From: Laetmonice hystrix
Lineage: Eukaryota
Reading direction: 5' to 3'
Assembly: GCA_965235115.1 (NCBI GenBank)
Contig: OZ249448.1
Coordinates: 20,956,001 to 21,020,000, forward strand
Length of the DNA stretch: 64,000 bases
Of the stretch, positions 11,701 to 23,335 are shown one piece after another. Each line of letters opens with the position of its first letter. Within the stretch, counting starts at the first letter, position 1. Under the pieces are notes generated by a model, which searched no databases, had not been told where the DNA came from, and saw only the letters and a program-made list of their open reading frames with translations. The position numbers and the translations under genes were made by a program.

Positions 11701-14700
11701 AGCCCTGCTGCCGCTGGGCCCCCACCAAGGATCGTGTACTACACGATCCTTGCCCCCACTTTGACTACAACCGGGCACTGAGATCCGGGCAGTGTCAGCA
11801 CAGACCTGTTGTGTTTAGTTGTGACGGTGACTGTGGGGTGACTGTGACTGTGGGACTGACCCCCATTGCTTCGCCCACCCGCCTCGGCCGCCTTTAGCCT
11901 AGTCTAGCCTAGCCCCGACAACCCCGGCCTCAACTGATCAATTCAGCGCATGTTCAATAGATGCAAAGATGCACTCTTAGAAATAAGGGTTCTTAGAGGT
12001 TCTTTGTAGAACTTCGAAGTTCCACATGGAACCAAAGGGTTCTATACGAGGTAAAGGGTTCTTTGTAGGAAAGTTGGGTTCCATGTGGAACCAAAAGGTT
12101 CTATACGGGGGAGAAGGGTTCCTTGTAGGAAAGTTAGGTTCCACGTGGAACCAAAATGTTCTATACAGAGTAAAAGGGTTCCTGTTATGAATGTAAAGTT
12201 CCACAATGAACCTTTCTTTAGTTCTTTAGGCCCCTAAACTTTATTGACTCAGACGAAGGTTGTTCAATCAACATTATTTAATAGCCCCTAAGGATCTTGA
12301 CACCTTTGACGACTGCAGAGAAACTATTTATTATAGTCTGATAAGCATTATTTAAAATAACTCTGACTACGTATAGAGATAGGTTGTTTGAGGTTCCCAG
12401 TAGAACTTCTGAGTTACTTGTGGCGCCTGTTTTTTTTTAAGTTCTAAAAAAAGTTAGAGTTCCTTGTGGAACCCGAAGGAAAGGTTTTAAGGGTTCTTTG
12501 AAATGTTGAGGGTTCTATGTAGAACTCTTCTAGAAAAAAGGGTTCCATACAAGAAACCAAGCACGAGTTGACCCTCAACCCCGACGTGTCATAAAAGGGG
12601 CCTACATATGAACGCCGGCTAATACGACCATGGCATAGATTAATAATAATATTAATACAGTCTTTGTCATATGGTGATGAGTGGAAGGTCAAATAGTTGC
12701 CTAATTAGGCCCCCATGAAGTGTGGTTCGTTAACATTTGTCTAGGAAACACCATCTTTGCAGGCCAGAAGACGTAATGTTAACTCCTTGGTTGAGACAGT
12801 CGATATTTTCAGACGGAGTAGCTTAGGCTGCAGACGTTTGAACTTTTATACAAATGAACCTGTGAATTCACCTGGCCATAAGGTTCGCACCAACTGGTTC
12901 CAAACTAGTTTAGATCCAGTATTGGCTTATTTTATGTCTATTTTGGACAAAAAAGTTCTTTATAGAACCCCTGGGGATTGGTTCTTTGAACAACCTTTTG
13001 TTTTAAGTTCCCGGAAGAACTAAGGAAAGTGAAGATAATGGTTCTGCGAATAACCTTTTGAAGTTTCCTGAAGAACCTACATAGGTTCTGCATGGAACCT
13101 TATATCTGTCCGATTTGGGGTTCCACAGGGAACCTAGATGTAAGGTTCTGTGAAGAACCCAACTGGGTTCCGAATACGTGCCAAGGCATAGAACCCAGAA
13201 AGGTTCCAATCAGAACCATTTATTCTAAGAGTGTGGGCACGAAATGGCTGCTCCACAGCCAGTGATTTTGACACGGTTTTCATGTTCGACATATGACTTC
13301 TTGGAATGGGGGGACATTTATTTCCAACCACTACTCTGAAAGGTGAGTATAATTATATTGAGGCCTTGCAGCTGTCTAAATGTGATTTTTGACTGGACTT
13401 CTGTGCAGACCCAAAAATTCCAAGGACAAAGACATGCAGACAATCCTAGCTCGTGAGGTGGCGCCACTGGCCTCGAACGAAACGATGTTTGCGGACCACC
13501 CGAACCCGAGAGCTTCACGGATTGGTGAGTGGTCGTGCAGCTGCCAGCCAATCACGGGTCTTGCTACGAGCGGGTCGCGTGTTAATTGGTTTACATATTC
13601 TCTATAATTAGATACGTGGAAAGTAGAAGCTTATAGGGGCGTTCACGGTGACGTCATTCGCGGGGATTCCCTCTGCCCCAGCGAGTGGTTGGCAGAAAGC
13701 ATGCTTGCAGGCACATGTTGTGTATGTTTACAGTTTACAGTTCAGCGATCTTTCGCGGTTTATAACGTTTGTTTCACGCATCCTTGAGAAAATGGTTGTA
13801 TCCTGGGTTGCTGTTGGGTGTGCTAGTCGCTGTATCAATGGAAATGTGTCGTTTCATCGCATTCTAAGAGAAAAAAACACGAAGAGATCGCTGGCTGAAG
13901 TTAAATGCAATCAAGCGCAAGCACTGGCAACCGAAATCCGTTTGCAGAAGACATTTTATATCAGATATGCCTGAGTACTTTAATTAGTTAAATATTGCCA
14001 TTAGTAGTCTATAGACAGTTATGGTAAATTATAGATCTAGCAATATAAAAGCATGCACGGAGGCCGTGAAGTTGCAGTGCCGACCGCGACGGTGCACTGA
14101 CCCACGCAGGCAGCCATACCCGGGCACACGCATTGAGGTGTGATGTTGACCCCGACACCGGGCCCCACCCTGCCGCCCACCCGACACCCAGGGGCCCGCC
14201 GCAGCACCGCGAAGAGACCCGGGCGTCGTGGCTTTCTCGCCAGGTGTTGGAGGCACATATACATTGTATGCATCTTCATATGCATCGCTTCATTCAGTCA
14301 CTAAATTCCACTGAGCTGGATTTAATAAACAAGGCAATTAACGTTACATGTAGGCGTCCATTGATTTAGGCCAACATTATAGGCCTTCCTTGTCTGCTGG
14401 CCGAACATTACCGGCATTTAAAGATGTCGCCGAAGGCGACATCGGGCCAAAGACTTGGTTCATTCTGCTAACCGTCGTGAACAAAATACGGGTCCGGTAA
14501 CATAATCCAAGAGCCAGCATTATGTTCCAGCTTCTTCCTATAACGTTCCCTCCCACTTGCGTATCAAACAGTTACGTACTTTGACCAGTTTCCAGTCATG
14601 ATTGCTGAACAGTTTCTCTCCTTTTGTTATTGTCCGTTGGACCGGCAAGCGTGCTTCTGCCAACCAGTCGGCCGCGCACCCGGGGATGTGACGTCATTTG

Positions 14701-17700
14701 TTGGTATACATGAACGCCCCTATAAGCAATCAAGGAAGGCCGATCTTTCGAATCCACGAAAACCCGATAGAATAATGATTGGCTAAAGAATGTTCATAAC
14801 TATATTTGCTGAATTGTCTATATTTACATGGCTCATTGACTTCGTCCACAATAAAAAAACATCACAAAATTTTCAAAGACATCACCTCCAGAAATATGAC
14901 TCGGATTTCGTATTTCCCCCAGGGGGTCTGTCAGTGGGTGTGCCGGGGGAAGTGGCCGGGCTGTATGCCGCCTGGCGCCGGTACGGCCGCCTGCCGTGGG
15001 CCGAGCTCGTCATGCCCTCCGTCCGCCTACTGGAGGAAGGCGTCCCCATCGAACCCTTCCCCTCCAGGGTGATCCGGGATTCAGAGACGGCCATCCGGGA
15101 GACGCCAGGACTCAGGTACTAGTGTCCGTTTGTTCAGTGTTTAGTGTTTTCCCAAGCCGATACTTTCTGTGGGTTTATACCATCGTTAGTTTAGTGTTTA
15201 GTGTTTCCCCAAGCCGATATGTACTTTCTGCGGGTTTATACCATCGTTAGTTTAGTGTTTAGTGTTTTCCAAAGCCGATATGTACTTTCTGTGGGTTTAT
15301 ACCATCGTTGGTTTAGTGTTTAGTGTTTTTCCAAGCCGATATGTACTTTCTGCGGGTTTATACCATCGTTAGTTTAGTGTTTAGTGTTTTCCCAAGCCGA
15401 TGTACTTTCTGTGGGTTTATACCATCGTTGGTTTAGTGTTTAGTGTTTCCCCAAGCCGATACTTTCTGTAGGTTTATACCATCGTTTGTTCAGTGTTTAG
15501 TGTTTTCCCAAGCCGATACTTTCTGTGGGTTTATACCATCGTTTGTTCAGTGTTTAGTGTTTTCCCAAGCCGATACTTTCTGTGGGTTTATACCATCGTT
15601 TGTTTAGTGTTTAGTGTTTCCCCAGGCCGATACTTTCTGTGGGTTTATACCATCGTTTGTTTAGTGTTTAGTGTTTTCCCAAGCCGATATGTACTTTCTG
15701 TGGGTTTATACCATCGTTAGTTTAGTGTTTAGTGTTTCCCCAAGCCGATATGTACTTTCTGCGGGTTTATACCATCGTTGGTTTAGTGTTTAGTGTTTTT
15801 CCAAGCCGATATGTACTTTCTGCGGGTTTATACCATCGTTAGTTTAGTGTTTAGTGTTTTCCCAAGCCGATGTACTTTCTGTGGGTTTATACCATCGTTG
15901 GTTTAGTGTTTAGTGTTTCCCCAAGCCGATACTTTCTGTGGGTTTATACCATCGTTTGTTTAGTGTTTAGTGTTTCCCCAAGCCGATACTTTCTGTGGGT
16001 TTATACCATCGTTTGTTTAGTGTTTAGTGTTTTCCCAAGCCGATATGTACTTTCTGTGGGTTTATACCATCGTTGGTTTAGTGTTTAGTGTTTCCCCAAG
16101 CCGATATGTACTTTCTGTGGGTTTATACCATCGTTTGTTTAGTGTTTAGTGTTTCCCCAAGCCGATACGAAGGCTCCATTTCCAGGTCGCTGTTTGTAAA
16201 AGCCGACGGAAGTCTTCGTCAGGAGGGAGACCGCTACTGGAATGATAACTTACTGAAGACTTTACGTACAATCGCTGAAGACCCGGCCAGTTTCTACAGC
16301 GGCGATCTGGCTCGAGACATCGCAGCCGATATCCAGGACGCAGGTTAGTGACAGCTACTCAAATACAGCCCAGATTGACAGGTCGGAGGTAAAGTGTCAA
16401 TCAAAGTGATGATCAGTTATAAATAGTCACTGATTGACAGATTATAGTATAATCATGTCCTATAGAATTATACCCTCTCCCCCCGCCCCCAGACACCTCC
16501 CGGCCCCCTGACTGTCTGTCTCACCTGTACCAGGTGGAGTGGTGACAGAGGACGACCTGGCCCAGTCCCCTCAGACACCTCCCGGCCCCCTGACTGTCTG
16601 TCTCACCTGTACCAGGTGGAGTGGTGACAGAGGACGACCTGACCCAGTCCCCCCAGACACCTCCCGGCCCCCTGACTGTCTGTCTCACCTGTACCAGGTG
16701 GAGTGATGACAGAGGACGACCTGACCCAGTCCCCCCAGACACCTCCCGGCCCCCTGACTGTCTGTCTCACCTGTACCAGGTGGAGTGGTGACAGAGGACG
16801 ACCTGGCCCAGTCCCCCCCCCCCCCCCCAGACACCTCCCGGCCCCCTGACTGTCTGTCTCACCTGTACCAGGTGGAGTGGTGACAGAGGACGACCTGACC
16901 CAGTCCCCTCAGACACCTCCCGGTCCCCTGACTGTCTGTCTCACCTGTACCAGGTGGAGTGGTGACAGAGGACGACCTGACCCAGTCCCCCCAGACACCT
17001 CCCGGTCCCCTGACTGTCTGTCTCACCTGTACCAGGTGGAGTGGTGACAGAGGACGACCTGACCCAGTCCCCTCAGACACCTCCTGGCCCCCTGACTGTC
17101 TGTCTCACCTGTACCAGGTGGAGTGGTGACAGAGGACGACCTGGCCCAGTCCCCCCCAGACACCTCCCGGTCCCCTGACTGTTTGTCTCACCTGTACCAG
17201 GTGGAGTGGTGACAGAGGACGACCTGACCCAGTCCCCCCAGACACCTCCCGGCCCCCTGACTGTCTGTCTCACCTGTACCAGGTGGAGTGATGACAGAAG
17301 GCGACCTGGCCCAGTCCCCCCAGACACCTCCCGGTCCCCTGACTGTCTGTCTCACCTGTACCAGGTGGAGTGATGACAGAAGGCGACCTGGCCCAGTCCC
17401 CCGCCCCCAGACACCTCCCGGCCCCCTGACTGTCTGTCTCACCTGTACCAGGTGGAGTGGTGACAGAGGACGACCTGGCCCAGTACAGGACCCGACTCCG
17501 GAGCCCCCTGCGGACGCTGCTCTCCACCCAGTCTCTCCAGGTCTACTCCCCGGCGCCTCCCTCCAGTGGAGTCGTTATCCAATTCATCCTGAGGGTCCTC
17601 GAAGGTGGGTGTGCATCATCGATAACCTTCGATCTCAAACACGGCATATTCTTCTCATCTCAGTCTATTATGATCTGGGCCCGTTTTTTTTGTTTACTTT

Positions 17701-20700
17701 TCCACCGTGAGCAAGGGTGAGCTGAGCTGAGCAAGGGTGAGCAAAAGCTCATGCTCACCGTTTTGCCCACTGTTTTCGTTTTTTTGGGGTGTTTTTCCGT
17801 GAGGTTGCTCACCATGAGCACGCCTCATGGGAAAAAGCAACAAAAAAAAAACGCAAAAACGGCGAGAATGAGCTCATGCTCACCCTTGCTCAGCTCAGCT
17901 CACCCTTGCTCACGGTGGAAAAGTAAACAAAAAAACCGGGCCCAGGTCTGAAGAGATAAGTGTAGAGGTGATGGCGATAATACTTAGGGTAATGCGAACT
18001 TGGTTAAACTTAAAGATATTTAGTTAAATCAAATATTCTTTCCCATTTACAAGTACTGTATGCTTAAACCATTCTCATCCCCAGAATTTGGAATGGATGA
18101 GTCTAATATTGCTGACCTGAAATCGAAGACATTGACATACCACCGTTTCATTGAAACACTGAAGTTTGCCTTCGCTAAGAGGTCGACTCTTGGAGACGAG
18201 GAATTCGAGGATGTCCAGGAGGTAGAGATGGCATACTCTGTGCATGATCAATGTGTCACAATTCCTGCGTCACTCTCTGGTAAACAATGTAAATAGTCGT
18301 CCCGTTAATGATGTATATCTCAACTTCAAGGCCTACAATATTTTTTTTTTCCTTTGCATAGAATGTCCATCTTTGGCTGAATTTCTTCTGCATTAAATTG
18401 ATGGTTTGTGGTGACCTTGACCTCAGATCATTACCAAGATGATGTCGGAAGACTACATCAGGGAGATACGAAACAAAATAATGGACAACCGAACGCACGG
18501 CATGTCCTACTACGAGCCTCACTTTGACAATGTTAACGATGAAGGAACCAATCAGATTAGTATCATCGCCCCGGACGGAAGTGCGGTGTCGCTTACATCA
18601 ACAATAAACGCTAGGTATGTAGGTCAAGGCCCCAAAGTCAAAAATGTATCTTAATTTTCTTACCCCAATAATACCAGGGCCCGGTTTGTGATACTAAGAC
18701 ATCTTGCTTAAGCTTAAGCTTAACATTTCTGATTGGCTGATTGCCACACATTTAAGCTGCCTTGCTTAAACCGGTGACAACTAGCCAATCAATTGCCTTA
18801 AGCTTAAGCTTAAGCAAGATGTCTTAGTATTACAAACCGGGCCCAGGTGATCCTGCCCGTAAGATGCCTACATGGCGCTGTTCTGTATGACTCGTGGACC
18901 AACCGTAGCTCATGCAAATACTCCTGGAGTAGTTCTAGTATTTTAGAAGGGCTGACGGGGGAAAGCTCCTAAATAAAGGGGTCCAAAAAGGAGGCTCACA
19001 CAAAGTCGGGAAACTGTATTGGGGGGGGGGGGGGGGGGGGTTCTACTCGAAATTGATATGAGTGAGGATGCCAGTGGTGCCACCTCTCGGGAAACCAGGA
19101 GATGACGTTTCTCGCGTTATATTTTCCGCCTTTCCAGGTTTGGCTCGCACGTTGTTGGTAACAGAACGGGGATAATTTTCAACAATGAAATGGACGACTT
19201 TTCCACCCCGGGCACCTCCAATCTGGCGGGTATACCAGCGTTTCGGGCAAACTTTATCAAACCCGGCAAGATGCCCATGTCGTCTATGTCTCCGTCCATC
19301 ATCCTGGATGAGAACGGGAATGTTGTGCACGTTACCGGGGCAACGGGCGGGCCGCGCATCATCTCGGCTATATCCCACGTCAGTGAGCCACAATGTCATA
19401 TGTCCTAACTCTATGTGCTAGAATCGATGAAAACATCTCGGCTATATCCCACGTCAGTGAGCCACAATGTCATATCTCCTAACTCTGTGTGCTAGAATCA
19501 ATGAAAACATCGCGGCTATATCCCCCGTCAGTGAGCCACAATGTCATATGTCCTAACTCTATGTGCTAGAATCGATGAAAACATCTCGGCTATATCCCAC
19601 GTCAGTGAGCCACAATGTCATATGTCCTAACTCTGTGTGCTAGAATCAATGAAAACATCGCGGCTATATCCCCCGTCAGTGAGCCACAATGTCATATGTC
19701 CTAACTCTATGTGCTAGAATCGATGAAAACATCTCGGCTATATCCCACGTCAGTGAGCCACAATGTCATATGTCCTAACTCTGTGTGCTAGAATCAATGA
19801 AAACATCTCGGCTATATCCCACGTCAGTGAGCCACAATGTCATATGTCCTAACTCTGTGTGCTAGAATCAATGAAAACATCTCGGCTATATCCCCCGTCA
19901 GTGAGCCACAATATCCCTAATTATGTGTGCTAGAATCCTTGAAAACATCTCGGCTATATCCCACGTCAGTGAGCCACAATGTCATATGTCCTAACTCTAT
20001 GTGCTAGAATCAAAGAAAACATTTCGGCTATATCCCACGTCAGTGAGCCACAATGTCATTATGTCCTAACTCTGTGTGCTAGAATCAATGAAAAAATCTC
20101 GGCTATATCCCACGTCAGTGAGCCACAATGTCATATGTCCTAACTCTGTGTGCTAGAATCAATGAAAACATCTCGGCTATATCCCACGTCAGTGAGCCAC
20201 AATGTCATATGTCCTAACTCTATGTGCTAGAATCAAAGAAAACATCTCGGCTATATCCCACGTCAGTGAGCCACAATGTCATTATGTCCTAACTCTGTGT
20301 GCTAGAATCAATGAAAACATCTCGGCTATATCCCACGTCAGTGAGCCACAATGTCATATGTCCTAACTCTATGTGCTAGAATCAAAGAAAACATCTCGGC
20401 TATATCCCTAGAATCAAAGAAAACATCTCGGCTATATCCCACGTCAGTGAGCCACAATGTCATATGTCCTAACTCTGTGTGCTAGAATCAATGAAAATAT
20501 TATGAGTTCATTGTTAACTACAACAGGCCGTTCCTGTATCATACTGCGTTGTTTTGTGTGCAGGTGGCGCTGTACAACCTGTTCCTAGGAGAGCGTCTGG
20601 ACGCCGCCGTGAACGCCCCCCGCGTCCATCATCAACTCGCCCCGGACAACGTCTACTACGAGAAGGCCTTACCTGAGGTACGTTTACCCCCACTTACCAC

Positions 20701-23335
20701 ACATTTACTCTTGTGGCTGTGCGCATTCGTCACCCATGGATGAATCTGACCATCTTCAATTTCTGAAGTATTCTATCCATTCTGAATCCATTCCCGACGG
20801 CATCGATAGGTTTGGAGTCTCACGCATCTCTGCTTGACTAGGCCATTATTAGCCATCTACACATTGCTGTAGGCCTACTATATGTTCATGAAGCAGTCGT
20901 GGCAAGTAAATGTCCTCATGATTTCCCCACGCCCGTCTCTGCAAACCAACGCCTTGGTAAAGCCGACGACTATTAGTCCCCCTCCCCCCCCCCCAAAACA
21001 AAAATAAAAAATAAAAATAAAAAATAAATCCCGGTTTTGATAGGTTCCTAATCACAATACAGTCTACGCCAGTGCCAGGATTACCTTAACAGTCAATGTT
21101 CGGTAGAAATCATGTGTAGCTCTACCTAGGAAAATATGGAGTCCGTCTCATTTCGGAAGATGTGTGTAGGGGGGAGGGTCCATTGTCCTGCTCGACCACC
21201 AAAGCTCCTTTTTGGGGGAGTGGCGGTGGCCGAGTGGTCATGGGTGTCGACACCTTATGCTATGCGAATGGGTGCAGTAATCTTTGGGCCGGGGTTCGAT
21301 TCCTGTAGAGGACTATACAACTTTTCTCTTTAGGGACATTGTCAAAGTAATTGGGTTACCCCTGATGCCCGTGCATTTCAAAAGAAAAATACAGTCTACG
21401 CCAGTGCCAGGATTACCTTAACAGTCAATGTTCGGTAGAAATCATGTGTAGCTCTACCTAGGAAAATATGGAGTCCGTCTCATTTCGGAAGATGTGTGTA
21501 GGGGGAGGGTCCATTGTCCTGCTCGACCACCAAAGCTCCTTTTTTGGGGAGTGGCGGTGGCCGAGTGGTCATGGGTGTCGACACCTTATGCTATGCGAAT
21601 GGGTGCAGTAATCTTGGGGCCGGGGTTCGATTCCTGTAGAGGACTATACAAATTTTCTCTTTAGGGACATTGTCAAAGTAATTGGGTTACCCCTGATGCC
21701 CGTGCATTCTAAAAGAAAAATACAGTCTACGCCAGTGCCAGGATTACCTTAACAGTCAATGTTCGGTAGAAATCATGTGTAGCTCTACCTAGGAAAATAT
21801 GGAGTCCGTCTCATTTCGGAAGATGTGTGTAGGGGGGAGGGTCCATTGTCCTGCTCGACCACCAAAGCTCCTTTTTTGGGGGAGTGGCGGTGGCCGAGTG
21901 GTCATGGGTGTCGACACCTTATGCTATGCGAATGGGTGCAGTAATCTTGGGGCCGGGGTTCGATTCCTGTAGAGGACTATACAACTTTTCTCTTTAGGGA
22001 CATTGTCAAAGTAATTGGGTTACCCCTGATGCCCGTGCATTTCAAAAGAAAAATACAGTCTACGCAACAGTCAATGTTCGGTAGAAATCATGTGTAGCTC
22101 TACCTAGAAAAATATGGAGTCCGTCTCATTTCGGAACATGTGTGTAGGGGGGAGGGTCCATTGTCCTGCTCGACTACCAAAGCTCCTTTTTGGGGGAGTG
22201 GCGGTGGCCGAGTGGTCATGGGTGTCGACACCTTATGCTATGCGAATGGGTGCAGTAATCTTTGGGCCGGGGTTCGATTCCTGTAGAGGACTATACAACT
22301 TTTCTCTTTAGGGACATTGTCAAAGTAATTGGGTTACCCCTGATGCCCGTGCATTTCAAAAGAAAAATACAGTCAGGTGGGGTATATAGGTTCCTAATCA
22401 CTGCAGGCAGGTGGGGTATATAGGTTCCTAATTACTACAGGCAGGTGGGGTATATAGATTCCTAATCTCTACAGCCAGGTGGGGTATACATGTATAGGGG
22501 CCTAATCAGTACAGGCAGGTGGGGTATTATATCCATGTATAGGGGAGTAATCACTACAGTCAGTTAGGTCCGTGTCAGTCGTGTTGCCGAATCGATATGT
22601 TTTGATTGGCACTGCCTGTAGTGATTAAGCTGCCTGTAATGGTTAAAGAATAGCATCAACCGAACCTTTGAACGGATTCAAGAGGTTCTGGACGGGTTGA
22701 GACGGCTTGGCCACAACAAGCACTTCTGTGAGCTTACAATATTTGTTTGATACGACAGTTTTTGTTACCGTTTCATGAGGTTCTGGACGGGTTGGGGCGG
22801 CTTGGCCACAACAAGCACTTCTGTGAGCTTACAATATTTGTTTGATACGACAGTTTTTGTTACCGTTTCAGGAGGCTTCGGACGGGTTGAGCCGGCTTGG
22901 TCACAACAAGCAGTCTTCTGTGAGCTTACAAAATTTGTTTGATACGACAGTTTTTGTTACCGTTTCAGGAGGTTCTGGACGGGTTGGGGCGGCTTGGCCA
23001 CAACAAGCACTTCTGTGAACTTACAATATTTGTTTGATACGACAGTTTTAGTTACCGTTTCAGGAGGTTCTGGACGGGTTGGGGCGGCTTGGCCACAACA
23101 AGCACTTCTGTGAACTTACAATATTTGTTTGATACGACAGTTTTAGTTACCGTTTCAGGAGGTTCTGGACGGGTTGAGACGGCTTGGTCACAACAAGCAG
23201 TCCATGGCGAAATTTAACGGGATCGTGGAGGCCATACACAACACGTGTCCGCGGTGTGGGAGAGGCTGTGACCCGAACACCTGTATCCACGCTGTGGCTG
23301 ACGGCCGCAAGGGTGGCGTCCCAGACGGTTTCTGA
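8705..23335 (+). CDS. GGT: Gamma-glutamyl transpeptidase / glutathione hydrolase, paralogue A (12 exons, ~612 aa, type II membrane)
   Basis: Exons 8705-8810, 9033-9162, 9710-9835, 13409-13524, 14923-15115, 16186-16343, 17452-17604, 18085-18221, 18427-18614, 19138-19378, 20564-20677, 23159-23335. All are GT-AG, phase-compatible and total 1839 nt. Motifs: N-terminal TM, GGTAVDVAIA, GIGGG, AREVAP, SVGVPGEVAG, GTNQIS..SLTSTIN, NNEMDDFS, PMSSMSP, PRVHHQL, DGRKGG. Confidence 0.95.
9419..9680. mobile_element. Harbinger-like MITE (GGCCCGGTTTTTTGTTTAC TIRs), copy 1
   Basis: Long TIRs with internal GAGCAAGGGTGAGCT repeats, flanked by CAG and CTG. Related copies at 17678-17942 and 43665-43830. Confidence 0.85.
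10114..10685. repeat. 30-bp CpG-rich minisatellite (~19 copies)
   Basis: Unit CGGTGATGTTCTCCGCGCGGTCAGACCGTG. It explains the ARSDRAENIT-type ORFs. Confidence 0.95.
11972..13233. mobile_element. Non-autonomous EnSpm/CACTA-like element
   Basis: CACTCTTAGAA...TTCTAAGAGTG termini, 2-bp TSD TG/TG, and dense GGTTC/GAACC subterminal repeats. Confidence 0.8.
13635..14721 (+). mobile_element. ISL2EU-like non-autonomous element with a decayed THAP-domain ORF
   Basis: AGGGGCGTTCA...TGAACGCCCCT termini, AT TSD and long subterminal inverted similarity. 13793-13975 reads MVVSWVAVGCASRC..NVSFHRI and, after a frameshift, PKSVCRRHFISD. Confidence 0.7.
15130..16167. repeat. 57-61-bp minisatellite (~17 copies) filling almost all of GGT-A intron 5
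   Basis: Unit GTTTAGTGTTTAGTGTTTCCCCAAGCCGATA(TGTA)CTTTCTGTGGGTTTATACCATCGTT lies between the donor at 15116 and the acceptor at 16185. Confidence 0.95.
16489..17482 (+). repeat. 82-bp minisatellite (12 copies) spanning the GGT-A exon-7 acceptor
   Basis: Each unit is CTGAC, a pyrimidine tract, TGTACCAG, then the first ~31 nt of the exon (GTGGAGTGGTGACAGAGGACGACCTGGCCCAG). Only the last copy (17452) continues as coding sequence. Confidence 0.95.
17678..17942. mobile_element. Harbinger-like MITE, copy 2
   Basis: Same family as 9419-9680, flanked by CTG and CAG. Confidence 0.85.
18678..18843. mobile_element. Harbinger-like foldback MITE (GGCCCGGTTT termini)
   Basis: Near-palindromic, with CAG TSD on both sides in an AC-CAG-GT target. 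Confidence 0.8.
19360..20497 (+). repeat. 74-bp minisatellite (~15 copies) spanning the GGT-A exon-10 donor
   Basis: Each unit is the last 19 nt of the exon (CATCTCGGCTATATCCCAC), the donor GTCAGT and ~49 nt of intron. Confidence 0.95.
21056..22373 (+). mobile_element. Four tandem ~332-bp units, each carrying a tRNA-derived SINE-like head
   Basis: Units start at 21056, 21388, 21719 and 22052. Each has box A (TGGCCGAGTGG), box B (GGTTCGATTCC) and an A-rich end. AATACAGTC occurs at every junction. Confidence 0.75.
22374..22560. repeat. ~35-bp minisatellite
   Basis: About 5 degenerate copies of CAGGTGGGGTATATAGGTTCCTAATCACTACAGG. Confidence 0.8.
22682..23200 (+). repeat. ~95-bp minisatellite (6 copies) spanning the GGT-A terminal-exon acceptor
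   Basis: Each unit is TTTTGTTACCGTTTCAG followed by ~41 nt of the exon start (GAGGTTCTGGACGGGTTG...ACAACAAGCA). The real exon begins in the last copy (23159). Confidence 0.93.

Noticed and set aside
21218-21310. tRNA gene
   Set aside because: A and B boxes are present, but I could not form an acceptor stem or cloverleaf. It is treated as a SINE-like head.
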